A stretch of 64,000 nucleotides of DNA from Antedon mediterranea (lineage: Eukaryota; Animalia; Echinodermata), in contig NC_092675.1 in assembly GCF_964355755.1 (NCBI RefSeq), forward strand, positions 11,279,812 to 11,343,811, written 5' to 3'. A model generated the notes under the pieces. It had not been told where the DNA came from and ran no database searches. It saw only the letters and a program-made list of their open reading frames with translations. A program made the position numbers and the translations under genes. Below are positions 37,101 through 52,100 of the stretch, one piece after another. Every line of letters begins with the position of its first letter. Position 1 is the first letter of the stretch.

Positions 37101-40100
37101 CGTTCTAATACGGAGTCCTGCCGAGTAAACCAGTAGACATAGGCTACATTTCTCACTCCCTCTTGACCTTTGATATACTGTCGTAGATATATATATATGT
37201 TGTTAACGTTTTCCGTCTTCCGACATTACGCTTTCCACAATTTGTTTCCATTTTTTTCTGTTTATGGCAGGATGGTTTGTTGTTGTGTTAGTGTCTACTT
37301 GTCCTTGTAAGTCTTTCTTTATTTGATTCATCCAGTTATTTCTTGGTCTTCCTACGGAAGATAGTATAATAATTACTAGGCCTGTAGTATTATCGTCTGT
37401 TGTCAATCATCCATTGAAACATATTTCTTATAATATTATTATATACTGTATTAGGCCTACAGTGTACACGAACGCCACACCCACATGTGAGATCAAACTG
37501 TTACGTTTACATCTTGTATAATGTGTGTGTGGGATGTGATGTCAGGACTCGTTCAACGGTATTTACTGACGAGCAAATAAACAAATCTGCAAAATGATAA
37601 TTATTTTCGCGAATAAACAGAGATTACTATCACACTAGCTGTTTAGGCCTATAAATATTTTCTATATTTTTCCCTGTGCATATATTATTTAGTATTGGTA
37701 AAAACGGCAGCATATGCAATCATGCGCTTCAATTTACATCATGTTCTAGTTCACTAGTAATTACAGAGTCAGATGTATAGGTACTGTACAAGGCATTTAT
37801 TCAGTTTTATTGTATTTGCTTCGATGGCAAAAAAGTACAAATAGACGAATTTGTCTCGTTGATAATTATCATTATGGTCACCATCGCTTCTGAAACTGTC
37901 TGATGGATATTCCAATAGTCAAGACATGAGATTCGATTTGTTTGTTTTTTACTCAGGTGTTAATCGTATGTTTAAGCAAGTCGACTCAATAACTCAAATT
38001 TGACGTAAACATATACAATGCAGTATATTAATAATTCAAATATGTTTTAATAAACATATTTCTCATATCATCTTCTATCCTCATGATAACAAGTATAATA
38101 CTTGGAAAAGAATAAAGCACAAACTATACAAATATCACCTTCCTCATGAGTGTAATTATATATCAGATATATTATTTGAACATTCAAACCGCGAATCTCA
38201 TAAAATGTGTCAGCGGTTCAGTTGTTTGCAACTCTAGGTAATGTCTGTCGGTTATGAGTCTAATTCGTAGACAGTCAGTTAAGCCGATTTTCCACTAGGC
38301 GAAATTGACGCTTTCAATTGGCCTAGTATATAGTTGAAAATCAACCGAATACGATTGATAACGCTATATTACTAAATTTAAGACCAATCTTAATCTATCA
38401 GAAAAACTCCAATAACATAATGGACACAGAAAATCAAGTGACCTTTGACTATGACCAATGAATGGAGTTAACGTCAAATACTCTCTAACTGGTCACGGCT
38501 GGCATCAATTCACATTTATGCGTTGTTCATAGAATTATTGTGATCAAAATCATGAATGGACCAAAAATCAAGTATGCCTACAAATTAACGACAAATTAAT
38601 CCGTAAAATATTTTGTTTACAACAACTATGGTTTGTTACTAAATGCATAAGGGATGTCCACCTATACCCGGGATACTCAACTGGCACTAAAATAGTTTGT
38701 TATAACTTGCCCTAATTACAGAAAAAACAAACTTTCGTTTTTAGTCAGAGTACTGAGCGGTAGTTTAATTAAGCGTTATTACAAAATATGAAAGGCTTTA
38801 TTACAATATATTTCAATTCATGAAGGTTTGTTAAAGACGGATCGAGAAAACTTTCCCGTGTTTCTTTTGAATATGACATCTAATGCTAAAGGATTAATTG
38901 GGTCGTCCTGAATCTATCTAAACATAATATACACATGATTTTGAACAGTAAATATAGCATTTATACCATATACCGTAAAATCTCGTAAAGAAATCAAGGG
39001 GCTTCTTTTTTTAGTACTCTTAGGTGGGCGAAATAGGCTTTACCTGCCAATTTTAAGTATTTATCAAAATACCATTTTAAACTGTACGGAATTTACGATA
39101 TAACTCGATCATACATTATATCTGTATTACAAGTTATCTGCCATTATATCACGTTATTACTTTGATATTCAAATATAATAATAGTCTATCGTGAAATGAA
39201 GCCCAGTGGGCTTGATTTTGAGGGAGCTTCTTTTTGAAATGTGCTTCCTTTCAAATGCTTCTTGTCGAGGTTTTCAGGTATTATTTATTTAAAAAAGAGG
39301 AAAAGATTACTGTTAATGTATGTTGTTGAAACAGATTCAGAATTTAATTTTCTCCAACGTTTAAATAGTAATTTGACAATCAACAATTTCTGTGTCACCT
39401 TTTCATTGACTTTAGTTTTGATTGCAAATAATAACTTTACAGTCCTGTAAGTGTAATGCAGTAGACTATATGGTATGTTCATAAAATAGGCCGACTGTAC
39501 TTTTTCCGATATGATGATTATTAGGTTGAGTGTGGTCTTAAGTATTTTAAAAGTTTACTGAAGCATACATGTTTCATAGGCCTACTTTAGGCCTACTACA
39601 TAAATACGATTATACAGTATAATGAAATGTAATATAATTGAACAATTATGATAAAGTACTAATGAAATTGGACAGATATTCTTAAAACGTGTGTATAAAA
39701 AAATAAAAAACAAAAGCTATCCAACGATATCAAACAGTATGATATCTGGTAAAATTAGATGTTGACCTGTTGACCTTTGCTGGTCACGTGACTTGTTTTA
39801 TTGCTAAATGACTGTGTAACTATGACTTTTTGTATATGGGTGTAATGGAATAAAATGATCAGTAATTCATTTCTCTTTCCAGTGTGGATTGTTTAAGGCC
39901 ATTTTGAAACCCATAATGACCGCTTTCCCCCGACGTGACCTAATTCTGGGCAACCCTTCCATTTATGTTTTTGATATCCCAATACAAAATCAGTTTTTCC
40001 AGTTTTAGAATGTTATCACAATTTGAAGGATTTGTCTCAAGTAAGCACCTTAACACGCCTACTACATCGGTAGTTAGATGCCCGTTCACAGACCCCATTG

Positions 40101-43100
40101 AAAAATGTATTTTATTTCCGAAATTTAGTTTAAACCTAATAATAATTTAGTAAAAATTATTGTCAGTATCTAATTAATGTTATAACATTGTAGCCTACTA
40201 GAATGAAAATATTCATCAAACCATTAGGCTAGTCCATGAATTTACAGCCGTTTTAAATCAAAATTCATTAGATGAGTTTGATTGCAATTTTTCTAATAGT
40301 ATCAGTTTGGTTACTGATTAATCGAGTAGAATACATCTTTATAATCACTACATTATTACGGTTTCTAGTCTATATTACAAATGACATTGAACAAACAAGA
40401 AAATAATTTAGGCTAAAATTTGTAGATTGCTTTGAATATAAAGAGATATGTCAATCAACCAAAACTGAAAATAATACTACTATACAAATGTTAGAACATC
40501 ATCTGCACAATTTACCAACATTTAAACGCCGAAATTGAAAATAAGTCTGTAGCTTAAAGCTTTTCTGTTTTACTCTGAATACAAATTGTTTTTTTTTTAG
40601 ATTGGTGGATTGGATGACTACTACTTGTTAAAACATCAGGAGATTCCAAGCAGATCAATTAGATCAGCTGTCCATGTGACCAAACGTCTGGCAGACGACG
40701 AACGGGTAAGATACAAATTGTGTATGGCCTGTTGAGCCGTGAAATGTGCAAAAAGTCATATTTGTGCAATCAACCACATTTGTGCAAAAATTTTGCCCTC
40801 AAGTGTAAACGACCACATTGATTCAAATATTGATTCATAATACACTGATGTGCAAACATCACGCCCTTAAATATAAAACGATCTTTGACGTTAAATGTGG
40901 AAACGAAATTCTACAAATGTGTAAATAATTTTCTTCAACCAAAATAAGTTTAGGCATATTATTACTGTTACTGCAGAGTGCATGTATTTATTTTATATTA
41001 CTTTAGTTCCTATTATTCTAGAAGTTTCTGCCCTATGAATATTCATTTATTCTGTTACTTTCTTATTTGCATTCTCATTTACATATTATTTGCCAAGTGT
41101 GCACAGTGTGCTGTTTCTCCTTTGTTTTCCTTTGTCCTAATTTTCTTTTGTTCTGTTCAGTTGTTGTTTGCCTGTGCAAGTGCACAGCAGCCATTGTTTT
41201 TGTTTTTACCAGCTCTAGCTCTACAGTTTATTATTTACACTTTATTACTATTGGATATCTCTGGGATTTTACTTTGTTTTGGAATTACTTTGCAAATGTT
41301 GACATTATTGTGGATGGTGCATATTAAAGGAAGTACTTTAAACATTAATTTTACTCTTTTAATTTCTGTATGTTGTGAGAGCTGCGTACATCAAAACAAG
41401 GAATCAACAGCAGCTGACCTAATTGGTAGATCCAATTAAAATTACATTACAGTGTGTAAATACATGTACATGCCTGACTTATGACACAGGCCTATATTTT
41501 ATATCAATTTCAGAAATAACGGGTTTTAATGTCATTATTGAAATAATTCAAATTAACATAAGCAAGTGTACATACATATGCTTATTCGACTGGTATGTTT
41601 TGCGAGATCTACTGTACTCCTCGGATCCCTTGCGAGTAGTTCTTTTGTGAGTTGAAGAGATGGTGAACGGCCAGATATGCCTTACAGCTACTGAAACAAT
41701 AATCAAGATCAAACGAGAGCGATATTTTAAAGTTTAAACATTTTTTTTACTTCATTTCGTAGATTCAATGGGTTGAGCAGCAACGTAGTATTGTCCGTCA
41801 GAAGCGTGATTACTTAGTATCTGAACCTTACCCAGAACCTACCCAGATGTTCAACGATGAGTACTGGCCAAAGCAATGGTACCTGGTACGTATCAATCAT
41901 TAATCTACACCTCTGCTTGGAAACGAGATGATTTTTTTTAAACCTTGCATACTGTCTAAACTCTTGATTTAAAAAAATTAATATGGTTAAATCGTTTTAA
42001 AACAAAAACATTAAACACAGATTGAACACACGTATTTCTGTATGCATGTTTTTAGTTCGATCAACGTAAAACAACAGATGAGCCAAAGACAGATTTACAT
42101 GTAATGCCAGTTTGGAAAAAGAATATCACAGGTGCTGGCGTAGTTGTTAGCATCATCGATGACGGTAAGAATGTGAATTATATCAACTAGTAGCAGTCAT
42201 ACCCTGCTCACTAACTCTGAAAAAATATTGTTATTAAAATACTGAAACCTGTTTTTAAAATAGTCTGCCGAAGTTCTTTCGTTTATGTATAAAGTTTACA
42301 TGTTTCTTGCTCATTTGTTCATAGGCTTGCTGGCCTAAATCCCTGGTCACTCTTCTCCATTTTCCGTCTTTCTGCAATTTAATTTATAATTTTAATAGTA
42401 TCTACAGGAAATATTGATTAAAATACTAATTTAACTTTAGGTTTGCAAAAAAATCATCGAGATTTAATCAAGAACTACGATCCAAAGGCGAGTTATGACT
42501 ATAACGATAAAGACGACGATCCATCTCCACGCGCCACAGCTAACAACGAAAATGCGTAAGCATCCTTAATTGTCTATGTTCTATTTTTAACAAGTAGGCC
42601 TATTTGTGTATTATTTGTTTAGAATGAACCAGTGCTCTAAATGGTAGGCATATATGCATTGAAATTTAGATCTATGAACTTTAATTCTCTTTTCGTATCC
42701 AAGTGAAATTTTACTGTGTGATTAATTAGAGCAATTTCAATCACATCGAATTTAATTACAAATGATCAATCATGATAGAATTTCCATTAAAGCAAATTAT
42801 TGTAATGAAATTGTGTCCAGGCAAGAAATTATATTCTCTACTGCTTTATCAACACGCAGGTCGAAGGTTACAAACCAAAAATATATAAGAAGCAGGCATG
42901 AACATTCCAATATCAGCGTTTGCTGTAATTGGTACAGATTATGTGATGTCATGGGTGCATTGAGAAAAGTAGAATAATGATATATAATAATAAATACCAA
43001 ACATTGATAGTATGATATGTTATGTCATATAAACATACCATATTATGGTAGGTTTATATAAGAAATAAAAACAAAAATTAAATCTGATTTGTGATTTATA

Positions 43101-46100
43101 TATGAATCTCTTGAGCAACGAAATAGCTAAATTGCCTCAACACACTCCACTGGGACATGAATACCACTGATTTCGCATCGTGATATTCTACAAAACACTT
43201 GATTTTCATGTTCCCACCTAAATATCTCGGCTATTATAAATCGGATTTTGTTGGATAGTAGCTCAAAATAAACTGTAGACAATATACTGAACATTATGAT
43301 GATATATGTTTGAAATTTTAAAGTTACAAAAAGTATGTGTCATTTTACGTTTGAAAACTCACCATCCATTGCCCGCCGACAGTGTGAGGTCAATTTTTTT
43401 ACCTATTTTCTAAAGCACCACAGTGTTTTATTGCAATTTAAGATCATTTGTAAGTCATCAATCATTTTGGATAGTTTCTTACAAGAAAGCTAAATATTCA
43501 TAGATTCCATACATACTTTTCTTATGAGCATTGGCTTAAAATAGACTGTGTCAAAATAGCAAAATCTATTTTGGAAAAAATTTGAAAAATCCTAAAAAAC
43601 GCGGCAAAATTCAAATAGGGTTTGCCTGTTTTATCAAGCCTTCACTTGGATTGTAAGTAAGTTTGGGGTTACTTTTTTATTATGTAATTATAAGTAGCAT
43701 TTTAATGTTTATATCATTCTTATGTAATAAATTATATTTATTGATTCAATCCTGTTATGGGCGACTTTGGTGGCTGTTGGATGAAGATGAAATAAAATTA
43801 AAAAAATAAAATAAAAAATGTTTGATATATAAGGAACCATTATTAGGTGTTATTTAGTTCTATATGTCGTGTTTAAATTCACAATTGCCAAATTAAGATA
43901 CCTATGTCTGAATGCTAACGAGCTGGGTCTACCATTTATCACTCGGGTATTGGATATGTTTATCTTTCTGTGACCTGTTTAATGAATAGATGGTAGTCTG
44001 GAAATGTTCATACTATACTAGTTTATGTCATTTTAATTTCTTTGGTTAAAAAATGTAATCAATAATTGTGGAAATTAGTTGTATTCATAATGGTTGACCC
44101 CTTATATAATGGACAATGATAAGACTTGGGTTGCATGATATGAACCAAACAGCTCAATAGGTACATATTAAAAATCACTGTTTGGTTGCAACATTTGCAC
44201 CAAGAGATTTATTAATCAGTTACTCTAATACACATCCACGTAGAAACCTATGTCTTATATAAGATTTACGCCTATTTGACATTCAGTAGGATTATTTTAT
44301 ATAGATTGTGTTTTCATATAGAATTGATATAGAATTATATATTATATTGTCAACGCGCCGTTGGCTATTATTTCTAAATCAATTTCAGGTTCACAAAATG
44401 ACATATATATATATATATATATATATAGGCCTAAAGGAAAGCATATATTTTAGTGTTAGTGAATTTTCTATTAGTATAATGCAGTCTTATTATTCAAAAG
44501 TTGAATGTCATAAATCTATAAGATGCATTATTTATGGTATTTAATCACCAACCAATTCAAAATTTAAATAATAAGTATTAATATAGTAGTAATATTAAAT
44601 AAGCAGTCAGTAGACAATGGACCGCTTTAAAAAATGTTACTCTATTTTATTGACCAACGAAGATTTTAATTAAGAAAAAAGAATACCAAAATGGTCTTTG
44701 ACAACTAAACTCAAGCAATGTCATAATCGATTGACACCAGTGAGCTACTCCCTGATGATACTACGCTTTATAACCAACTGTTTTTTACAAAATAAGCAGA
44801 TTTGAGATGTCCATGTTCGCCTCATAGAGAAAAATAAAGATAAACAGCAATTTATGCAAAGAAAAGTTGACATTAGTACATTTAGGAATTTGTTTAAATC
44901 ATTTATTTCAGCTAATGTTCATTAGAGGAAAACATTTACATCCATACTATCGTTTTCTTTACTATTGTTACCCGCTATCAAATTAATAAACTTGACACTG
45001 ATAAATATTGAATGTCCGACGAACAATATTTTAAATCAGGCCTTTCATTAGTAAGAGTAGCTATATTCTACATAAGAATGATGGTAACTATGGAACGCCG
45101 TTTACGCAACATTTCGATGATATGAATTTTATGACGCGATATGTGAATGAAATGCAACGATATTAATTGAATGGCGCGATATATGAATGAAATGTTTTGA
45201 ATTGAAGGCTTTGAATTGAAAGTTTTGAATAAAATGTTTTGAATGAAATGTTTTGAATGAAATGTTTTGAATGAAATGTTTTGAATGAAATGTTTTGAAT
45301 GAAATGTTTTGAATGAAATGTTTTGAATGAAATGTTTTGAATGAAATGTTTTGAATGAAATGTTTTGAATGAAATGTTTTGAACGAAATGTTTTGAATGA
45401 AATGTTTTGAATGAAATGTTTTGAATGAAATGTTTGAATTGAAGCAACGTGGAAAGGAGATGAGGCCCAGAGGGTACCCAGGCTTAAGAGGTTGAGAAAA
45501 AAATCGCAAGCGGGAATGACACACGCCGCCAATAGTTTGACTTTTCAAACCGCCCGGTGATATACTGACATTTAATTAATTAATTTGAAACGATAAAGAT
45601 GAGGGAAATCTGTGAGAATGAGAAAAAGTCGCCCCGAGTCTCGAACTCGGTTATATATATATATATAAATCCAAAGGCAAATTACTGAAAAAATGACAAT
45701 GCTGTGGGTATTAGTGGCTGGATTTCAATGGAGATATAAAAAAAAGCTAAATCAAAATGATAAAGTAAAACAGCTAGAAAAGTTAAGAGCTTTTGGGCAA
45801 CACTAGCCCTTCATCAATGCAAAGTGAGGAACTTGGATAGAGTCAGTAGAATAAGAACAGACAAGTGCTGCCTGAGTGGACATGAATAAAAGAAATATAA
45901 CAAAAGGAGACAGGGTGGTGAATGTTGGGTGGAGACTGAATAAGAGTAGAAAGCAAAGAAGGTAGCTTGGTAGAAATAAACAATTTTGGAATGGAACTAA
46001 AAAACAGCTAAATGTTGGTTAATATTGAAACCTAAATTTTGGTAGTCAATGGAGTAATTTTACCGATCTGGGAGTATGTTCCTAATGTTAAGTCTAAAAG

Positions 46101-49100
46101 GTTGTGTGTATATATAATATTTGTTGTTTACACAACAGGCAAAGAACATTAATTCTAAACCGCCCGGTACCGTAGCTCATCCGTATTTTTAGTTGTATGA
46201 AAAAATGTCTCTATATTCCTAAGTAGTGTGGAAGGAAAACAAACTTTTCAGTTTTGCTTCAACAGAGAAGATACATCTTATAAATCATCTGTCTTAACGT
46301 TGTTTTAGCGTAATACCACATTTACACAAAATAGAAGTAGGTCTACTGGTCTAAACCTATGATACTGTAGGCCTACTTCTCCAATGTCTAAGGAGATGTT
46401 CCGACTAAAGTTCTTTTCCCGAAAATAGGCTACTAATTAAATATCAAAACCCGTTTAGTGGAACGTTAATCGATTTAACGATGAACTTCTTAGGCGATCC
46501 TTTAATTTAAAAGACGTCTGCGATTATGTTATTTTTATGCGCACATTAAATGAAAACACGTGGCGTGGTTTATTCCTGTTTATTCCAAAGCTAGTCAGTA
46601 GAGGGCGGTCAACATCCAAACTGGAGAGAAAAAACCTCCGGAAGGGTAAAACAACGGATAAATAAAAAGCGTGACTTTCGGCGAAAAAAACAATTAAAAA
46701 CCAAACAATAACGGTTTAGCAATAAACAGAGGCTTATTCACTATTACACTAAAACGATTCACCCCCGCCCCTCCTTTTTTTAATTGGACAAATATTTGAA
46801 TCACCGTCTTAATCAGTGTCGGTATGTTTGCTGAAACATTCTGTAAGCCGGCGCACTTTTATTTTGTGTAACCATGGAGTAATGCAGACTCTTTAATTAT
46901 AACAACTAGATGGTACGCTCGCTTCGCTCGCGTACCATCTAGGTCGTGCCCACAGATGGTTCTCGAATACATAATAATTTCAGCGTTAAAAAACTGGCGA
47001 TTTCAAATGTACGTACCGCAGGACAATAATACATGTCGTGTACAGGAACGAATAAATAGACACTGTGATTTATGTACTCAAATTTAAACAAACTTAATTT
47101 GTGTTTTGTATGTAACATTAGGGTTGAGGGATGGGGAAGAGGATGGGTGCAAAGAGGAACAATGTTAAAATATATTCTTTATCCATTTAGTAACGAAATA
47201 TTAATTGCTTTCATGTTTTACAAATAATATACCACTAAACACAGTAAAACATTGCGATGTAATACTTTGTTGAAACTATCACCGTCCTAGTCGATTGAAA
47301 TAGTACAGCACATGTAACGATACATCACTACGACGTGTATATGTTTATAATATAATGTAAAACAATTTGTGAAAACCACCTATTCGGGGAAAATCATAAA
47401 TTCGATTTAATCGTCAATAAATATTAAATTATCTAACTCAACTTAATTAGTAGGCCTAATGGTTTTCAATTGTTTCTTAGAGCCAATTCATACTTAAGTT
47501 GGTTCCTACCCTACCCACCAAAGTTGTTCTGCGTTTAGGGCATGTGATGTACCGTAGGCCTATTCTCTACTGGTTTTACAACGCTACTCATGCCAGTGAG
47601 GGAAAGGTGATGATGTGGGTGGTTTAACTGCAATAATAAAGATTTGTACATAATATACGGCGAGTGAAAACGCTAGCTCATTATCCGTTTAAAAAAAAAT
47701 TATATCCAACCTCTGCAGCACAGATTGAAAACAAAAATGGATCGAATTTCGAGTATACAGTACTGTACTTGCCTTTACGACGCCTGAGGGAATAGACACT
47801 TGTGAAACAGAGATTGGAATGTTCCATTCATCGCAAATCAATACATTTGTATAATCGTATATTAAATCTATCAAAATAGTATTTTTTAAACATTATGATG
47901 CTGTACTCTAGCTGTTCAACCAGTTTTCAGCTATTAAAAACAATTATCGTAGGAGGAGATAGGAAAATGCGAAGCCTCCTCGTATTTTTGTGGCGGGTAT
48001 TTTTCAAGATGGACATCCATTAGACAGTGTATACCACGATCGGAAAACACCCCTATTTGGGGCAAATCGTTGAACCTAAATTCGTTTTAATCGTCAATAA
48101 CTAATTACCTAACTCAATTTAATTAGTAAACAGGGTTACATCAGATGGTTAAAATCAGTACCATCGAGTAGAAATTCTAGAAATAAACCGAGATTTACCG
48201 AATTTTGCCCTTACGTAAATTTATATATAGATGAATGGTATATCAAATGAAACGATTTATCAGAGCTTTTATGTTCCTATACTTAGACATGGGACCCGAT
48301 GTGCGGGAGAGGTTGCCATGGAAGCAAATAACAGGATCTGTGGAGTTGGCATAGCATTTAATGCTAAGATTGGCGGTCAGTTTATAGGATAATAAGTCCG
48401 CAAATGATAGCTAGTTTATAAATTTAAATATAAATTCTCATTTAAAAATCTCAAGCCATAGAAAATAATAAAATACGTTAATTGTTTATTTTATCATTTT
48501 AATTGTTTTTAATCAAGATAAATTGTAGGCAAACGTACGTGCTAATAGTACCAGTACTCTTAAATGCCACTTACGTATTGAAGAATTTTGACTGAACCTA
48601 AACTCATCTTACTGAATATACATTTATAGTCAAAGTATTTAGCAAATATAAAACTTAGTCTTGATTTATTCCTCAAAGATATATTGTAATAGCATGAAGC
48701 TTTGTTTTTCCATAAGCATCCAATTTAACTGTTTTTTTCATCAATAATTTGATAGGAATTCGGATGTTGGACGGAAAGGTAACCGACGCACTAGAAGCCG
48801 CCGCATTCAGTCATGCCTTAGATCATATCGATATATTTAGTGCAAGTTGGGGACCTAGTGATGACGGAAAAACGGTAGAGGGACCAGGCACTCTAGCATC
48901 AAAAGCAATTAAAACTGGTATTACAGTAGTAAGTATTTCATTATTAATTATGGATTCATATAATTAATCAAACAGGTAGCAATGGCGACAATATGTGAAC
49001 AATAACAGCTACATAAATATTTGTTACTAACAATCATAATGATTATCAAATAATTGTTTCTTTTGGATGATCCAAAGGCAAATAAAAATCGTAAAACTTA

Positions 49101-52100
49101 CGTTTTTAGTCGCGTGGACGCGACTCAATAGTTCACTATGTCTGTCGGTCGGTCGGTCTGTCTGTCGGTCCGGTATGACTATGCGTTTTATCGCTTTTCT
49201 GTACCTTTTGAACTGTTTTGATGTACATTACTTTTTGAAAGTTCATTTTTTTCTGAGAGCACGCGACTTATGGCTGTTGGCCTTGTTACTCTAGCTTTCG
49301 CTGGTCAACGACGCAGCTTAATATCATAAGTGAGTCTATGCGACTTGGAAGTTAGAATTGTTACCATGAGATCTCGTATTTGGTATCCCGCCATCTATGG
49401 AACGTTCAGGTTTACCCAAATGGGATTGTCGGCGCCTCCTCTTTAGTACGTTGTTGTACAGTTTCGGTAGTTCTAATTCACCGCTAAGTTATGAACAATT
49501 TCTGTGGCTGAATTTCTGACTGAACGTGTTAAAATACCTGTGCAGATGTTACTTCTCAGAAATTGTTCATAACTCAGCCATCACCGATCATGACCATGAC
49601 CACTCACACTCATTTACCGAATTGGAACGTAAAAATATATTGACACAGAATCTTCATGTAAAGATAGAAAAATAAAAGAATCCATAAAAATAAGAAAACA
49701 TGGTAATACTATGAACAGAGACGACGGCGGATTAGAACTGTACAACAACTTACTAAAGAGGAGGCCCCGACAATTCCATTTGGGTAAACCTGAACGTTTC
49801 ATAGATGGCGGCATACCAAATAAACAAATAAAATTTAACAAAGTAAACAAAACATAAAATGAATATAATACGTGAAAATTGTATTTAATATCATTTTTCA
49901 GGGTCGTGATGGAAAGGGTGTTATATACGTTTGGGCTTCTGGCAATGGTGGTAGGAATATGGACAACTGCAACTGCGATGGGTATGCTGATAGTATCTAC
50001 ACAATCTCAATATCAAGCGCGTCGTCGGATGGTCAGTCAACATGGTACGGCGAACGTTGTCCTTCAACTCTTGCATCGACATTTAGTAGCGATTTCACCA
50101 ACTCACAACAGGTAATAACGACTGATATAGATGATACATGTACAACGCAGCACAGTGGCACGTCGGCGTCCGCACCCATGGCTGCCGGTATTCTAGCATT
50201 AGCTCTGGAAGTCAAGTAAGTTCAATACAAATGATAAAATTTAACTGTTCCGTTGGCCAATATTATTAGACTAAAGGATTCCTATTGAACACGATGTAGT
50301 CCGGTGGAAGGAGGGTGCTGGGATGGGATGGGGGGGGGGGGGGATTACGAATATGGAAGGTAATCGATCAGGATAGGAAGCGTTTTCGAGATATAAGGGG
50401 TCAAAGTTCAAAATTGACCAATTACAACACTGTATTATGTATATGTATTGTAACAAATTTATTGAAGCACAATTTGGTCTTTTATTACATTTTTATGATT
50501 ATAGGTCACCTTATGAAAAAAATCCCTTGGTAATAAAGGGTCAAATGTCAATATTGACCAATCATAGAACGTACCTATAGTCCGGCAGCCAAGAGGTTTA
50601 ACCTTGCAATGTTTTCTATAGTTTTTTTTTTGATGGATTTTGATTCTCGATACCATCAGAATGAAGATTTTTTTTACTGGACGACTGTCAGCATTGAGCA
50701 ATTTGCATAAACAAAATGGCCGCTATTTTTTTTATAAAACATGCTATATCTCTGGAAATACGGGACGTAATGAGATAATTTTGTTGTCAAATTGTTCACA
50801 ATGTATATGTTATATATTAGCTCTAACAGAACTTTCTTTGTAAAATTGACCGGAAACCCCATTTTTAGCAATTTTGACCTTTGACCTCTTTTGCGCTATA
50901 TCTAAGTAACGGTGGGTCAGAGAGAATTAAAAATAGAAGCAAATTTTTCCTAAGATATACATTTATATTCAGTGTAACAGATGATATTGCTAAAAGGCCC
51001 GAAGTGTGGTTATTGACCTTTGACATAATTGAATAAGGTTATAATAACATAAATTAATAAATATTTGTCGTAGGTAGTCACTTTTGATGTCAAATTATTC
51101 ACAATATATATGTTTATACTTGCCATAATGCAACATTTTTTTCAAAAAGTGACTGAAAACCTATTTTTCTGTAATTTTAACCCATGACCTGTTTTTCTCA
51201 TCTAAATAACGACATGGTATAGAGATTTCTAACGTTTATAATAGATATTTTTATTAAATCTAATAGAATAACTGTTTGAAAAATACAAGTGTGATTATTG
51301 CTTTTAAATCCTATCGGGGCTGAAGGGGAATAACACTACTACTATACAGTACAATGTCTTTCAGAAACATTTGAGCAATTTCATTCAGGTATGGTATGTA
51401 TTTCCGTAATTAAACGGAATGTACGGCTCATAGAGAATCCAGAAGTTACCCTTGGTTCATTTTGGCAAATCCATATGGGTTCATTTTAAAAGGATTGAGG
51501 GTGCACAGACAGGCTTTTCACATGGCTTAATCTTGGAACCCACAGTTTTAGTTACCCGATATATTTCTAACACAGTAACTTAAATGTAGCCAAATGCATT
51601 GATCCGATACAGGGGACAAATGTAGAACTGAACATACAGTAGAGAAGGGTCTAAATAGATGACCTGTTGTTTCATTTTAGGCAAAATACATATGGGTTCC
51701 TTAAGGATCGAGAGTGCACAGGCAGCTTTATTTCATGTGCCTGTCTATATAAACCCACATTGTCACCACTTATATTTCCATTATGGGACTTAATGTCCAT
51801 GGAGGACCGGCCCTTGGGTTAATTTGGGCAAATCCATATAAGTGTTCCTTAAGGATCGAGAGTGCACAGGCAGTTTTATTCCATGGGCCCCGCCTGTCTA
51901 TTAACCCACAGTGCCATACCTTATATGTCCATTGTGGTGCTTATAATGTCCATCCATCGAGGACCGGCCCTTGGGGGGTTAATTTGGGCAAATCCATAAG
52001 TGTTCCTTAAGGATCGAGAGTGCACAGGCAGCTTTATTTCATGGGCCCTGCCTGTCTATATGAACCCACAGTGTCACCCATTATATTTCCATTATAGGGC

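Noticed and set aside
40978-41439. 153-aa hydrophobic ORF
   Set aside because: T-rich intronic sequence with a non-ATG start and no motif.
43140-43800. Possible DNA transposon relic
   Set aside because: Could not identify a matching second terminus or TSD.
45068-45548. ORFs with [14 protein letters not shown] repeats
   Set aside because: Translation of the 14-bp minisatellite.
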